Virus record (IMG/VR): IMGVR_UViG_3300035148_000080
Span: 1-31,786 of that record
Length of the DNA stretch: 31,786 nucleotides
DNA from: a virus
Lineage: Duplodnaviria; Caudoviricetes
Strand: one strand, 5' to 3'
Of the stretch, positions 7,739 to 16,916 are shown one piece after another. The translations under genes and the position numbers were made by a program. Within the stretch, counting starts at the first letter, position 1. Every line of letters starts with the position of its first letter. Under the pieces are notes generated by a model. The model was not told where the DNA came from and did not search any database. It worked only from the letters and a program-made list of their open reading frames with translations.

Positions 7739-10700
7739 TGAGTATTTTGTTCTTTCTGTTTAAGTACGTGTTGATGCTTGCTGCAAATCCACCTTCATCC
7801 ATGCGGACATTCACGTTCAACCCTGTCAAGGCTTCAAGCATCTGCCGGTTAAGGTTCTCCAAGTTGTTCAATCGCTTCTCCATTGCACGTGTGTCCATGT
7901 TCATGCTGACCTGCGCCTGCTTTGTAGCAGATGCGATGCCTGCGTAGTTCATGTTCGTGCTATACCTGCGTACAAAGTTGTTCAGTATGTCGGGAGGTAG
8001 TATTCCCCTGCGTATAGCCTGTACAGTGGGTGCGTAACGTGCGTTCTTGTCTGCCTGTATCACCGCTTCCCCTTCGTGCAGCCATGCCGGTATCTTGTCC
8101 TTACCGGAACGATGCTTACCCCTGTGTAGCCGGTCTGTTCCACGTGAAACATCGGTTCTTACCTCGTCAGTACCGGCAAAGAACTTCGGCTGCTGATTCT
8201 GTATGCTGCGTATCAACCCTGCCGATGCTGCCAGTGCCGCTACGATGGATGCTATACCGGCTATGACATTGACCGGACCTCCTTTTGCTATCTGTGCGGC
8301 TGCACCTGCTACGGCTACCAGTATCTGCGATGCCTGTAATGCGCTGTCTATGGCAAGTTGCTTACGTGCCGCCTGTTCCCTGCGTACTTCCAGTGCCTTC
8401 AACCTGTCTTCTTCCAGTTGCAGGTATTCAGCGTTTCCTGCCTGTGCAATCTTTAAGGCTTCATCCACACGTTTCTTCTGCGATGCAATGGCTGCATCCA
8501 CAGAACGCACTTCTGCTTCCGCTTGGTCACGTAATGCCTGTGTAGTTGTGTTTACGATGCTCTGCAATGAACGCTGTATGGCTTCCACATCTTTCGCATC
8601 TTCCACACCGAAGATTGTGCTGATAAGGCTGTCAAATCCGACCAGTCGCTTATCAAGTGTATCCTTCGTTGACTGTGCCGTATTGATGGCTGTTGTCGTT
8701 GTGTTGATAGCTGTCTGTATCTGCGCACGCTTGATGGCATCTGTTTCGGCTGCCAGTTGTGCTTCCAGTAAGGCAAGCCTTTCCCTACCGGCATCTATCT
8801 CCGTCTGTAACTGTGTGCGCTTGGAATCCTTCTGTATGCGTTCTACCTGCTTCTGATACGCCTCAAAGGTTATCTTGCCTTCTGCATACAACTTCGCCTG
8901 TGCCGCAATCAGCTTACTTTGGTCAAGGTTGTCTTCACTGTTGGCAAGTTCTATGTACGCCTGTAAGTTCTGTATCTGTGTGGCGTAATAATCCTTAGAC
9001 AGTTGTTCCCTTTCAAGCAATGCCTTCTTCTGAATCAGTATTATCTGTGCCGCTGACAGTTCTTCCAAGTCAAGCAGGTTGTTGTAATACTGCTCTGCAC
9101 TTATCAAACCCGCTTTACGCTTATCAGCTTGGTCTTTCAGTGCATCTTCCAGTGTGTTGTTCACACCTTGTATGGCTTCCTTCTCCGATTGATTGATGGT
9201 CTGCGCCTGCTTCTCGTAGTTGTCCCTTGTAAGTTCAATGTTGAGGCGTGCGATTTCATTCTGTCGCTGTTCTATCAGCCTTGATATCTCCGTAGCTGTT
9301 GCAGCCTGCGCTACCTGTAACTGCTTCACCTCTGCCTCTGACTGTGCCGTGTACACCTGCTTTGTAATGTCATTCAGTTGGCGCACCTTCTCCTTACCAA
9401 GTTTCTTGAAGGTTTCAGCATTGGCAGCAGCTTCAATCTTGTACTCCTTGTCGTAGCGTTCACGTATCAGCTTCTCCGATACAGGTAAGTCCTTCGTGCG
9501 TTCCTCGTACAGCTTCAATTCAAGTTCACGCAGCTTCTGTGAATACTGCACCAATAGCTTACGCTGTTCTTCATCGGCTTTCTTCTGATCTTCCAGTGCC
9601 TTCTTACGCAGTTCGTTCTTCTTCTCATTGGCTTTCGTTTCCGCATCTATCGCACTCTGTACATAGTCGTTCTGTAACTTGGTCTGTAATGCCAACAGGT
9701 TTTCACTTTGCTCAACAGCCTTCTTGTATTCTTCACTCTCCACACCTTTAAGCCTTGCCAGTTCAACGATATACACACGTAAATCATTTAAGGTCTGCTG
9801 TATGAAAGCCTGCGAGTTATCGTATGCGGCTTCACGAATGTTCTGTATCACTTCCTCACTCTTATTCAGTGACTTCGCACGTGCTTCCGCATTGGTAGCA
9901 GTGCGCTTGATGTTTTCAAGTTCATCTGCTGCTGCCTTTCCAATGGCTTCTGCACTGGCAGCTTGATTCTGTGCCTGCTTATCACGTGCCTTCTCTCCTT
10001 CCTCCTGTATGTCTTGCAGCTTGGTTATCAGAAACGTAATACCGGCTACTGCTGCGCCTAATCCAAGTCCTGTGATGGCGGCACTCAATCCTTTGGCTGC
10101 TGCTGCACTCGCACCGAAGGCGGCTGACAATGCACGCTGTGACAATGCCTGTGCATCTGTCCAGAACTTCAGTAAGGCGAGTTTACCTGCACTCTGTCCG
10201 GTAAGGAAGGCGTTGATTTGCTGCAATCCATTGGCGATGTTCATCACTGCCATCAACCTCTGCATGGACTTCTGTAATTCTTCATTGTTGTTACCTGCCA
10301 GTGCCATTACACCTTCAACAACTTGCCATCCGGCAGCTACATTCTGTAACGTATCCACTGTTGCATCCAGTGCGAAGGTGTCAGATGCCAGTACCCTTAC
10401 TGCTTCCGCTTGGTCACCCAACTGGTCAGTAAGCCGTGCCGCATCCTTCTGTAACTTCTTGTACATGACAGATGTTTCCAATCCTGCATCCTCCAACTTT
10501 ATCATCTCTGCCTTCATCTCCTTCAACCTTGTCTTCGCTGACTTGGTGCTTTCCGCATACTTGACGGTTTCACCAGTAAGTGACTTTAGTTGGTTCTCCA
10601 CGATGGCGATGGTCTTTGATAGCTGTGTGAATGTTTCCTTGTCATCCACTGTGGCAAGTTCCTTCTTCAACCTGCTGAGGAAGTCTGTCAGCTTATCCGC

Positions 10701-10976
10701 ATCCTTGACAATCTCATCAATGGCTGCATCTGTGTCCTTGAAATACTTAAGCAGTTCATTCTCCTTTGGCAGTGAACGCATCACCTCCTTCAAGTCCATC
10801 AATCCCTGCACAGGTGTCTGAAAGCTGACGGAATTGACCGTCTTCTGCAACAGCATAATCTTCGCAGCGAGTTCTTCACTGTTCTGTTCCATGCCTTCCA
10901 TACTGTCAACTGCTGCGTTCACGTTCTGAATGAACTGTGAGGGGTCGAAGTTTATCGCAAATATCTTTTCATCCAT
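7731..10976 (-). CDS. Tail tape measure protein
   Basis: 1081 aa, Ala/Gln/Glu/Lys-rich coiled coil with Gly/Ala hydrophobic segments. C-terminal PKFFAGT...GKDKIPAWLHEGEAVI motif typical of TMP ends. Preceded by a frameshifted chaperone pair. Confidence 0.85.
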   Translation of the reverse strand: MDEKIFAINFDPSQFIQNVNAAVDSMEGMEQNSEELAAKIMLLQKTVNSVSFQTPVQGLMDLKEVMRSLPKENELLKYFKDTDAAIDEIVKDADKLTDFLSRLKKELATVDDKETFTQLSKTIAIVENQLKSLTGETVKYAESTKSAKTRLKEMKAEMIKLEDAGLETSVMYKKLQKDAARLTDQLGDQAEAVRVLASDTFALDATVDTLQNVAAGWQVVEGVMALAGNNNEELQKSMQRLMAVMNIANGLQQINAFLTGQSAGKLALLKFWTDAQALSQRALSAAFGASAAAAKGLSAAITGLGLGAAVAGITFLITKLQDIQEEGEKARDKQAQNQAASAEAIGKAAADELENIKRTATNAEARAKSLNKSEEVIQNIREAAYDNSQAFIQQTLNDLRVYIVELARLKGVESEEYKKAVEQSENLLALQTKLQNDYVQSAIDAETKANEKKNELRKKALEDQKKADEEQRKLLVQYSQKLRELELKLYEERTKDLPVSEKLIRERYDKEYKIEAAANAETFKKLGKEKVRQLNDITKQVYTAQSEAEVKQLQVAQAATATEISRLIEQRQNEIARLNIELTRDNYEKQAQTINQSEKEAIQGVNNTLEDALKDQADKRKAGLISAEQYYNNLLDLEELSAAQIILIQKKALLEREQLSKDYYATQIQNLQAYIELANSEDNLDQSKLIAAQAKLYAEGKITFEAYQKQVERIQKDSKRTQLQTEIDAGRERLALLEAQLAAETDAIKRAQIQTAINTTTTAINTAQSTKDTLDKRLVGFDSLISTIFGVEDAKDVEAIQRSLQSIVNTTTQALRDQAEAEVRSVDAAIASQKKRVDEALKIAQAGNAEYLQLEEDRLKALEVRREQAARKQLAIDSALQASQILVAVAGAAAQIAKGGPVNVIAGIASIVAALAASAGLIRSIQNQQPKFFAGTDEVRTDVSRGTDRLHRGKHRSGKDKIPAWLHEGEAVIQADKNARYAPTVQAIRRGILPPDILNNFVRRYSTNMNYAGIASATKQAQVSMNMDTRAMEKRLNNLENLNRQMLEALTGLNVNVRMDEGGFAASINTYLNRKNKILNA

Positions 10977-11005
10977 GCCAAAAAGTTTGAATCAAAATTA
11001 TCTGA

Positions 11006-11299
11006 TTAGGATGGTGTACCACCTTGTGTCTTGTTGGATTGGATAAATAAATCCAATTCCGCAAAGAACGCACCTGTACTGTACTCGTAAAGCCGGTCAC
11101 GTTCTATGAGTGAATTATTGGTAACTGTCCTTACGAATAGTTGCATCTGTAAGTTATTGTTATCTATCAGCTTCCGTTCAACTGTCACTGTCGGTTGACC
11201 ATTCAAAGGGATGGATTCGGCACTGAATACTTTTGGATAGGCGGCACGGAGGGTATCAGTAAGCTGCTGCATCGCTGTTGCAGAATGTTCAAAAAAAAA
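11006..11299 (-). CDS. Tail assembly chaperone, -1 frameshift extension (gpT-like)
   Basis: ORF 11006..11272 is in the -1 frame relative to 11203..11751 and stays open back to the T9 run at 11291-11299 (TTT TTT TTT GAA CAT TCT GCA ACA GCG ATG). Confidence 0.65.
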   Translation of the reverse strand, partial: FFFEHSATAMQQLTDTLRAAYPKVFSAESIPLNGQPTVTVERKLIDNNNLQMQLFVRTVTNNSLIERDRLYEYSTGAFFAELDLFIQSNKTQGGTPS

Positions 11300-11751
11300 G
11301 CGAGCATCGTCTTATCCCTGCGCCACAGTGCAATCTTCCTTTCCGCTTGCTGTTGGTCAAAGATGGCGATATTCTCGTCAGGCTGCACGATGACCATTGC
11401 CGCTATGAGCATACTCGTCTTCTCGAAATCCCACATATCCTTGATGCTGCTGCGAATGAATTGCGCAATACTGTACACTTCAAACTCAAAGCCTTCCTTC
11501 TTGATGCGGCAAAGTTCCTGTATCTCTGACAGGCGTGTATCCAGTTCATTCTTCTCCATGCCTACACGTTCATACTGCTGTGCCAAATCAAAGATGTACT
11601 TCCTTTGGTAAGGCATCTGTAACAGGTTATCGAAGGCATAGAACTTACCGAGTTCGGGATGTGTGTACACACGTGATAGGCTGCACTGCTCACCTGTGTT
11701 GTTGTTTACGTAAACTAACTTTTCATCTGTTACTGTCTGTTGCGACCACAT
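11203..11751 (-). CDS. Tail assembly chaperone (gpG-like)
   Basis: 182 aa upstream of the TMP, with slippery GCT TTT TTT TTG (A-F-F-L) near its 3' end. Confidence 0.65.
   Translation of the reverse strand: MWSQQTVTDEKLVYVNNNTGEQCSLSRVYTHPELGKFYAFDNLLQMPYQRKYIFDLAQQYERVGMEKNELDTRLSEIQELCRIKKEGFEFEVYSIAQFIRSSIKDMWDFEKTSMLIAAMVIVQPDENIAIFDQQQAERKIALWRRDKTMLAFFLNILQQRCSSLLIPSVPPIQKYSVPNPSL
11291..11299 (-). other. Candidate programmed -1 ribosomal frameshift site (U UUU UUU)
   Basis: Nine consecutive T on the coding strand fit the X XXY YYZ pattern in frame and link two overlapping ORFs before the TMP. Confidence 0.7.
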
Positions 11752-11759
11752 ACTGTATG

Positions 11760-13073
11760 TTATTTAAGGTGTAATTGACCGTTTCCATTCAGACTACCCT
11801 GCTGCATCTTAAGCATCGATGTAGGCAGCTTGATAGCCTGTCGGCACATAGAATAGAAGTAGTCACACAGGCAATCCAACAGGTGCGATTGCAGGTTGTT
11901 CTTACTCTTATCCATGTGTCCATTCCCATCCACTTCAACATTCAGCAGGTCTTCCACAAGGAAGGGAGCATTGCTGATGGTGAGGTCGGGATGCCGTGCG
12001 AATAGTGCATTGGCGATGTTGCGCTTCTCTGCTACATATCCGGTAGGCTTACCACGAGGTGTCTTTATCTGTGTCCAGTTCAGGTTCAACTGTGTCTGTA
12101 TGATATCGTACATACTCTTGTGTCCACGATTACCGGCAGACCTGTTCCAACCACTGCTGTCACCTGTTACGAATAGCCTGCGAGTGTCGTACTGCGATTT
12201 AACCTTATCACACAGGTCGTACACATCACTGTTCAGCAGCCTGTATTCGCCTATGATGCGTATGAAGCGATAATGCAGGTCATGCTGACAAAGCAGTGCC
12301 GTCATTGGTGATACGTTGAAGTCAATGGATAGTACCAGTGGAAGGGATGGTTCAAACGTGTGTGGCTGTAATGGCACGTGCCTCATGTAGTCAAATGCCC
12401 AAATGAATAGATTGTCACTTGCCATGTCAGTAAACTCCGCTTCATACTCCTGTGCGAATACCACAGGTGGAAGCATATCACGTGCATCTTCTATCTCTGA
12501 TTTGCTCATGTGTGGGTTCACCGTTGTAGGCATCACGAACTCTATCCAATTCTTATTCGTGTTGTGATTGCCTGACAAGATGTAGAAGTAGTGCTTCTTT
12601 CCCTTTGGTGTACTCATGAAGAAAGCATCACCGATGTAGTCCGTCAGTAATGCTCGTATCACCTGTTCCCATGAATATTTCAATTTCTCACTGGGAACTA
12701 TACTGGCTTCATCCACTATCACCCTCTTGTACTTACGACCACGTGCGCTATCCACATTCTCCATACTGAACATATCTATCGTGCCTCCACTGGTCAGCCA
12801 TATCTTGCGATTGCTTTCATTCTTCTTCTCTATCTCATCACCACAGCTACGTATCAGTTCTTCCCACACTTCTGAAAGCATCTTGTACGTGGGCGCAAAG
12901 TATGCAACAGGAAAACCATGTAGCGCACCATTGCTTCCATCCGGTTCATCCAACAGTAACTCAACTGCCAGTGTTGTCTTACCGAACCTTCTGCCACAGC
13001 GCACGACATTGAACCTTCTCTTGTTCTTTAGTATGTACCGTTGTCCTCTATGTGGGTGCGTCAGGTTAATCAT
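11760..13073 (-). CDS. terL: Terminase large subunit
   Basis: Walker A CGRRFGKT, Walker B VIVDEA, coupling motif FMSTPKG, FAQEYEAEF linker, RNase H-like nuclease acidic motifs SIDFN and HLLD. Confidence 0.95.
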   Translation of the reverse strand: MINLTHPHRGQRYILKNKRRFNVVRCGRRFGKTTLAVELLLDEPDGSNGALHGFPVAYFAPTYKMLSEVWEELIRSCGDEIEKKNESNRKIWLTSGGTIDMFSMENVDSARGRKYKRVIVDEASIVPSEKLKYSWEQVIRALLTDYIGDAFFMSTPKGKKHYFYILSGNHNTNKNWIEFVMPTTVNPHMSKSEIEDARDMLPPVVFAQEYEAEFTDMASDNLFIWAFDYMRHVPLQPHTFEPSLPLVLSIDFNVSPMTALLCQHDLHYRFIRIIGEYRLLNSDVYDLCDKVKSQYDTRRLFVTGDSSGWNRSAGNRGHKSMYDIIQTQLNLNWTQIKTPRGKPTGYVAEKRNIANALFARHPDLTISNAPFLVEDLLNVEVDGNGHMDKSKNNLQSHLLDCLCDYFYSMCRQAIKLPTSMLKMQQGSLNGNGQLHLK

Positions 13074-13419
13074 CTTCTATGTCAGGGTCATCTTCGGGCG
13101 CAATACGCATCGTGCGTACAACTTCAATCCTGTGGACATTCTTCGTTTCAACCGTTTCCTTCGGCTTACCATACAGCCTTTCCAATATCAATTCGGCTGC
13201 TCTTGCCTTACTCGCACCACGACCAGTGATAGCCTCGTTACGCAGTGCCATCACGATTGCAGTCAATCCATCCACACCATTCTTTTCTTCTCCGAGTACC
13301 TTCATCAACAAATCATGAATGGGAGGCGGCTTCTTCTTACGACCACTGTTCAATCGCTTCGGGTCATATCCCTTCTTTAAGGGTATCAAATTCTGTGGAT
13401 TTCCACGTGGATTAGCCAT
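13066..13419 (-). CDS. terS: Terminase small subunit
   Basis: Overlaps the terL start. N-terminal NPQNLIPLKKGYDP..SGRKK and C-terminal AAELILERLYGKPKE motifs typical of small terminases. Confidence 0.8.
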   Translation of the reverse strand: MANPRGNPQNLIPLKKGYDPKRLNSGRKKKPPPIHDLLMKVLGEEKNGVDGLTAIVMALRNEAITGRGASKARAAELILERLYGKPKETVETKNVHRIEVVRTMRIAPEDDPDIEDD

Positions 13420-13510
13420 TGTTTTCTACATTTTTTTTGGTTAAAAAATTCCCTAAAAGTTACTATTTCGTGCCTTTTATGGGTATCGTATGCCTGTTGT
13501 GTTGCTGCTG

Positions 13511-13780
13511 TTATTCTTGGAATAGTCCACAGGCTTGCCATCCAGTACGCCAATCTGTAGCGGCACTGTTGGAGTAGTTGGACTTAGCACACTTGTATAC
13601 TGTGTTACCGTACAGGTGTTGTACGAGGAAGCGGCATTGCTTGCATTTCTTGCCTTCTATACTGCCGTTTATTTGCACTAACTTATTATGCGCTGTCATT
13701 GCTTGCAGATTGGCAGGCTTCTTCTTCTTAGCTGCTGCGTGTAAGTCGGTGACGATGTTACCGAATATGTCTTTTATCAT
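13511..13780 (-). CDS. Small Cys-rich (likely Zn-binding) phage protein
   Basis: CKQC...YKC...TDWRTGWQACGLF. ATGA overlap with the upstream gene. Confidence 0.6.
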   Translation of the reverse strand: MIKDIFGNIVTDLHAAAKKKKPANLQAMTAHNKLVQINGSIEGKKCKQCRFLVQHLYGNTVYKCAKSNYSNSAATDWRTGWQACGLFQE

Positions 13781-14049
13781 TGTTCATTGATGTTTGAGAT
13801 GATGGTATGTGGTATTCCTTCGTGTGTAAGTTGGGCATCGGAGAAGACGAAAACCATAGATTCCACAATTTGCCTATTCTGTTGTTTCCATGCCGCCATG
13901 AAGGTCTTTCTGACCTCAACCGGCTGTAACAGGTCGGGTATGCAACAGGAGAAGTCGGGACAACAACAGTTATCCATGTAGTTATGGTGAGGCTTCCCCT
14001 GTACCCACATTTCCAGTTGAAATTCCATGCGATGGTGTTTCTGTACCAT
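13777..14049 (-). CDS. Hypothetical protein with CCCPDFSCC motif
   Basis: 90 aa, coupled to the downstream gene, distinctive Cys cluster. Confidence 0.6.
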   Translation of the reverse strand: MVQKHHRMEFQLEMWVQGKPHHNYMDNCCCPDFSCCIPDLLQPVEVRKTFMAAWKQQNRQIVESMVFVFSDAQLTHEGIPHTIISNINEQ

Positions 14050-14311
14050 ATCCTTTCACTAATTTACTTATGAATGAATCGTGTATCTCTTGCAGAAAGT
14101 CGTAAAAGGCTTTCAGGTCACCGTACAGGACATGGCATCTTCTGCACAATCCCATGAGGTTTCCGATGTAGTTACGCTGATTGGTAGCACCCATACCTCT
14201 GCACTTGATATGATGCACATCTACGGCACGTGCGCCACATACCTCGCACGGTATGAAGTCCTGTTCACCGTAACCACAGGTGGTCATGTATATCTTTACG
14301 TGTGGCTTCAC
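13982..14311 (-). CDS. HNH endonuclease family protein
   Basis: CEVC..AVDVHHI...NLMGLCRRCH is the Zn-bound HNH signature. Located shortly upstream of the terminase genes. Confidence 0.85.
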   Translation of the reverse strand: MKPHVKIYMTTCGYGEQDFIPCEVCGARAVDVHHIKCRGMGATNQRNYIGNLMGLCRRCHVLYGDLKAFYDFLQEIHDSFISKLVKGYGTETPSHGISTGNVGTGEASP

Positions 14312-15126
14312 AGGCGTTTCATTTCACGTTCTTTCTTCAATTTACGGATACGCAGTACTTCCTCCTTGATGCTGTCGCACTTCCACATCTGTTCCAAGCT
14401 GTAATACACGATGGTGTATCGGTAGGCATCGGGTCGCATCTTGATAAGTGGAGTTACACCATGTACGATGCTCTGACCGTCAAAGATGCTTACCGTGTTG
14501 TCGGCTATTTCCAGTTTCATGTCGTATTCCGGCATGACGAGCCTTCCACCTGTCATTCCATACTTGAAGGCTACCATGTTGCTCAGTACGTGCTTGAAAT
14601 TGCCTGTATCGTGATGATATTGAAGTGGATTGTTCTTGTTGATGATTCCACTGGTGAACACACTGCGTGGTATGCGCCATTCCGGTTTGACCTTTTCGTT
14701 CATCAGCTTTTCGTGATAGGCAAAAGTTTCGGGGAAATAGGTCTTGTAAATTTCTGTAAGGTTTTCTGCGAACCTTGTTACTATCTGATGGTGCTTTGTC
14801 TGACCGGATGCCATCGCTGCGGCACTGCAAAAATCCTGCCTTAGTGGTATGCGAGGCTTATACCCGAAGATGGCACTGCGTGTAGTGATTCCCTTGCTTT
14901 CCTTCTTTGGAAGGCGTGTATCTGTTGTGTACTTGACCGTCTGACAGGCTTTACGCAACAGTTCTGTGTCGCACCAATCTATCTTCTTGTACAGTACGAT
15001 TGGGTTTCCGTCTTCCACCAACAGTGTGTCTTCGTTGATAAGTATGGAGGCATCGCTTTCCACTGCGTATCGTGCCTTGTATTCCTTTGCGTTGACCGGT
15101 CTGCGAGTTACATCAATGACTTTCAT
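14308..15126 (-). CDS. TET/JBP-family 2-oxoglutarate/Fe(II) dioxygenase (5-methylpyrimidine oxygenase)
   Basis: FTSGIINKNNPLQYHHDTGN (HxD), GGRLVMPEY, FDGQSIVHGVTP (distal His), YRYTIVYY (2OG-binding Arg). In an operon with a glycosyltransferase and ParB. Confidence 0.85.
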   Translation of the reverse strand: MKVIDVTRRPVNAKEYKARYAVESDASILINEDTLLVEDGNPIVLYKKIDWCDTELLRKACQTVKYTTDTRLPKKESKGITTRSAIFGYKPRIPLRQDFCSAAAMASGQTKHHQIVTRFAENLTEIYKTYFPETFAYHEKLMNEKVKPEWRIPRSVFTSGIINKNNPLQYHHDTGNFKHVLSNMVAFKYGMTGGRLVMPEYDMKLEIADNTVSIFDGQSIVHGVTPLIKMRPDAYRYTIVYYSLEQMWKCDSIKEEVLRIRKLKKEREMKRL

Positions 15127-16916
15127 AATGTGGTATGTAAGAATTTAGTGAATAATCTGCATCTGTCCATGTTTTCCCTGTGCAGTGGTATCATACTCAT
15201 AATGAGCAGGCTTACACGGCTGCGTAGTTCCAGTGTTGCGTTATCCATTGGGTACTTTGGTGTGAACCAATCGTAGAATACCCTGCGTAGCTTTGACAGG
15301 TATCCATGCTCTATGTCCATATTGTGCATGATGAAGTCGTAACCGTAAAGGCATTGTAGCACCTTTGCGTAGTCGTAATAGATATCCCCATACAACTGAT
15401 GCACGCCATCCCATGAACCACGTGGGTCAATCAGCTTCACGCCTTCAAAGACATTGCTGAATACAGGGTCGCCATGTATGATGCCTCCATGTAAGCGATA
15501 AATATTTTGCAGGCAGGCAAAGATGATATCACGTGGTATTCCCAACTGACTGTATAATTCAACATTGCCGTCATAGCGTTCAAGAACCTTCGTGCGATAT
15601 CCCCAATCACTGACATTCGTCATGCTTTCTGTATGATGTATGTCATAGAGGGCATCCAACAGGTCTGTAAGATGATGTTCTGTAAGCTGTCCTGTGACTA
15701 CCAAGCTACTGTACGTGTGTGTGGCTATCTTTTCAAGTACCAGTTCTTCCCCTGTGGCTTCTATCACCTGTGGGAAGTAGGCACGAAGCAGCCTTGCCGG
15801 AAAAGCCTTGTAGTAGTCACTTTCTGCCGCTACATCGCCCACTTTGCGCACACGGTTATCCACAACCTTTATACTGTGATGGTGTCGGCACGTGGTATCT
15901 ACATCGTAATACACTCCGGTAGCCTTCTCCAAGTCTTCCAGTGCTGATATAGCCTTGTCATCAATGTACACATCGGCATACGGCTTCCCCATAATCAGTT
16001 CGTGGTACTTTATACCGGCTTCTGACAGCCTTTCTTCAACGATTGGTCGCAGTTCCCTTTCTATGGCTTCTACGTTACCATTACGGGAAAGCATACCACG
16101 TGCCGTATGTACCACGATGCGACCACCTCTATCGTACAGGTGATTACAGTAATCCACTGTGTGTTGTATTGGTCGTGGGTCACTGATAACGTCATACAGC
16201 AGTGTCTTGTCCAAGTCAAAGCAGAACACCTTACCATACACGGCAATCTTATCACAATACTGCTTCAACTGTGCAGGCGTTCCTACGCAGTGGAACAGTC
16301 CGGTAATATCTGCGTGCTTCCATTCCCTGCGCCTCAATGAGTTCTTTACGGCATGGGAAAGGTACTGTTCCCTTCCACCTATCTTCGGCAGGTCACAGGC
16401 GTAGTATGCGACCATTGCACTTTCAAATAGATACACACCTGCATTCGCAATGTAGCTGATTGCCTCCTTCTCCACAATGTCATCAATGTAATCTCCATGC
16501 ACTGACAGGTAGCTGTACATTCCAGTGCGAAACAGGTCTTTGAAGGTCATGATGGCGTTACCGCTTTCCGGTATGATGTTGATTGCCGTAGGTGTGAGTA
16601 TCGTGTCACTATCCACGCATAACAAAGGTTCATCGTTCTTTGGCATTTCATACACAGCCTGCCGAATGGTGTCTGCTGCGCCATCACTGTGCTGAAGAAC
16701 AATACACTTCACAACAGATGAAGGGAACAGTTTTGACAGAATCTGTGCGTTATCCTTGGAACAGGCGATGTGTATCGTACCATAGGCATCGTATAACGGA
16801 CTCACAACACGTTCAATGATGGTCTTTCCGCTTGCCATTACGAACGATTTGTGTTGCCGGTAGCCTTCTGTTGCGAACCGGCTTCCTGTACCCATCATTG
16901 GTATGATTACATTCAT
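15123..16916 (-). CDS. Trifunctional nucleotidyltransferase - HAD phosphatase - APH/choline-kinase-like kinase
   Basis: Likely start MNVIIPMMGTGSRF at 16916 (ATGA overlap). NTP-transferase GxGxRF..GY...K and VGTP motifs. HAD motifs FDLDKTL, HTARGM, GKPYADVYIDDKA. Kinase motifs IHGDPVFSNV, LIDPRG, YYDYAK. Confidence 0.85.
   Translation of the reverse strand: MNVIIPMMGTGSRFATEGYRQHKSFVMASGKTIIERVVSPLYDAYGTIHIACSKDNAQILSKLFPSSVVKCIVLQHSDGAADTIRQAVYEMPKNDEPLLCVDSDTILTPTAINIIPESGNAIMTFKDLFRTGMYSYLSVHGDYIDDIVEKEAISYIANAGVYLFESAMVAYYACDLPKIGGREQYLSHAVKNSLRRREWKHADITGLFHCVGTPAQLKQYCDKIAVYGKVFCFDLDKTLLYDVISDPRPIQHTVDYCNHLYDRGGRIVVHTARGMLSRNGNVEAIERELRPIVEERLSEAGIKYHELIMGKPYADVYIDDKAISALEDLEKATGVYYDVDTTCRHHHSIKVVDNRVRKVGDVAAESDYYKAFPARLLRAYFPQVIEATGEELVLEKIATHTYSSLVVTGQLTEHHLTDLLDALYDIHHTESMTNVSDWGYRTKVLERYDGNVELYSQLGIPRDIIFACLQNIYRLHGGIIHGDPVFSNVFEGVKLIDPRGSWDGVHQLYGDIYYDYAKVLQCLYGYDFIMHNMDIEHGYLSKLRRVFYDWFTPKYPMDNATLELRSRVSLLIMSMIPLHRENMDRCRLFTKFLHTTL

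Noticed and set aside
13982-14311. HNH as an intron-encoded or mobile homing endonuclease
   Set aside because: It is small, translationally coupled and does not interrupt a gene, and no intron-like non-coding flanks are present.
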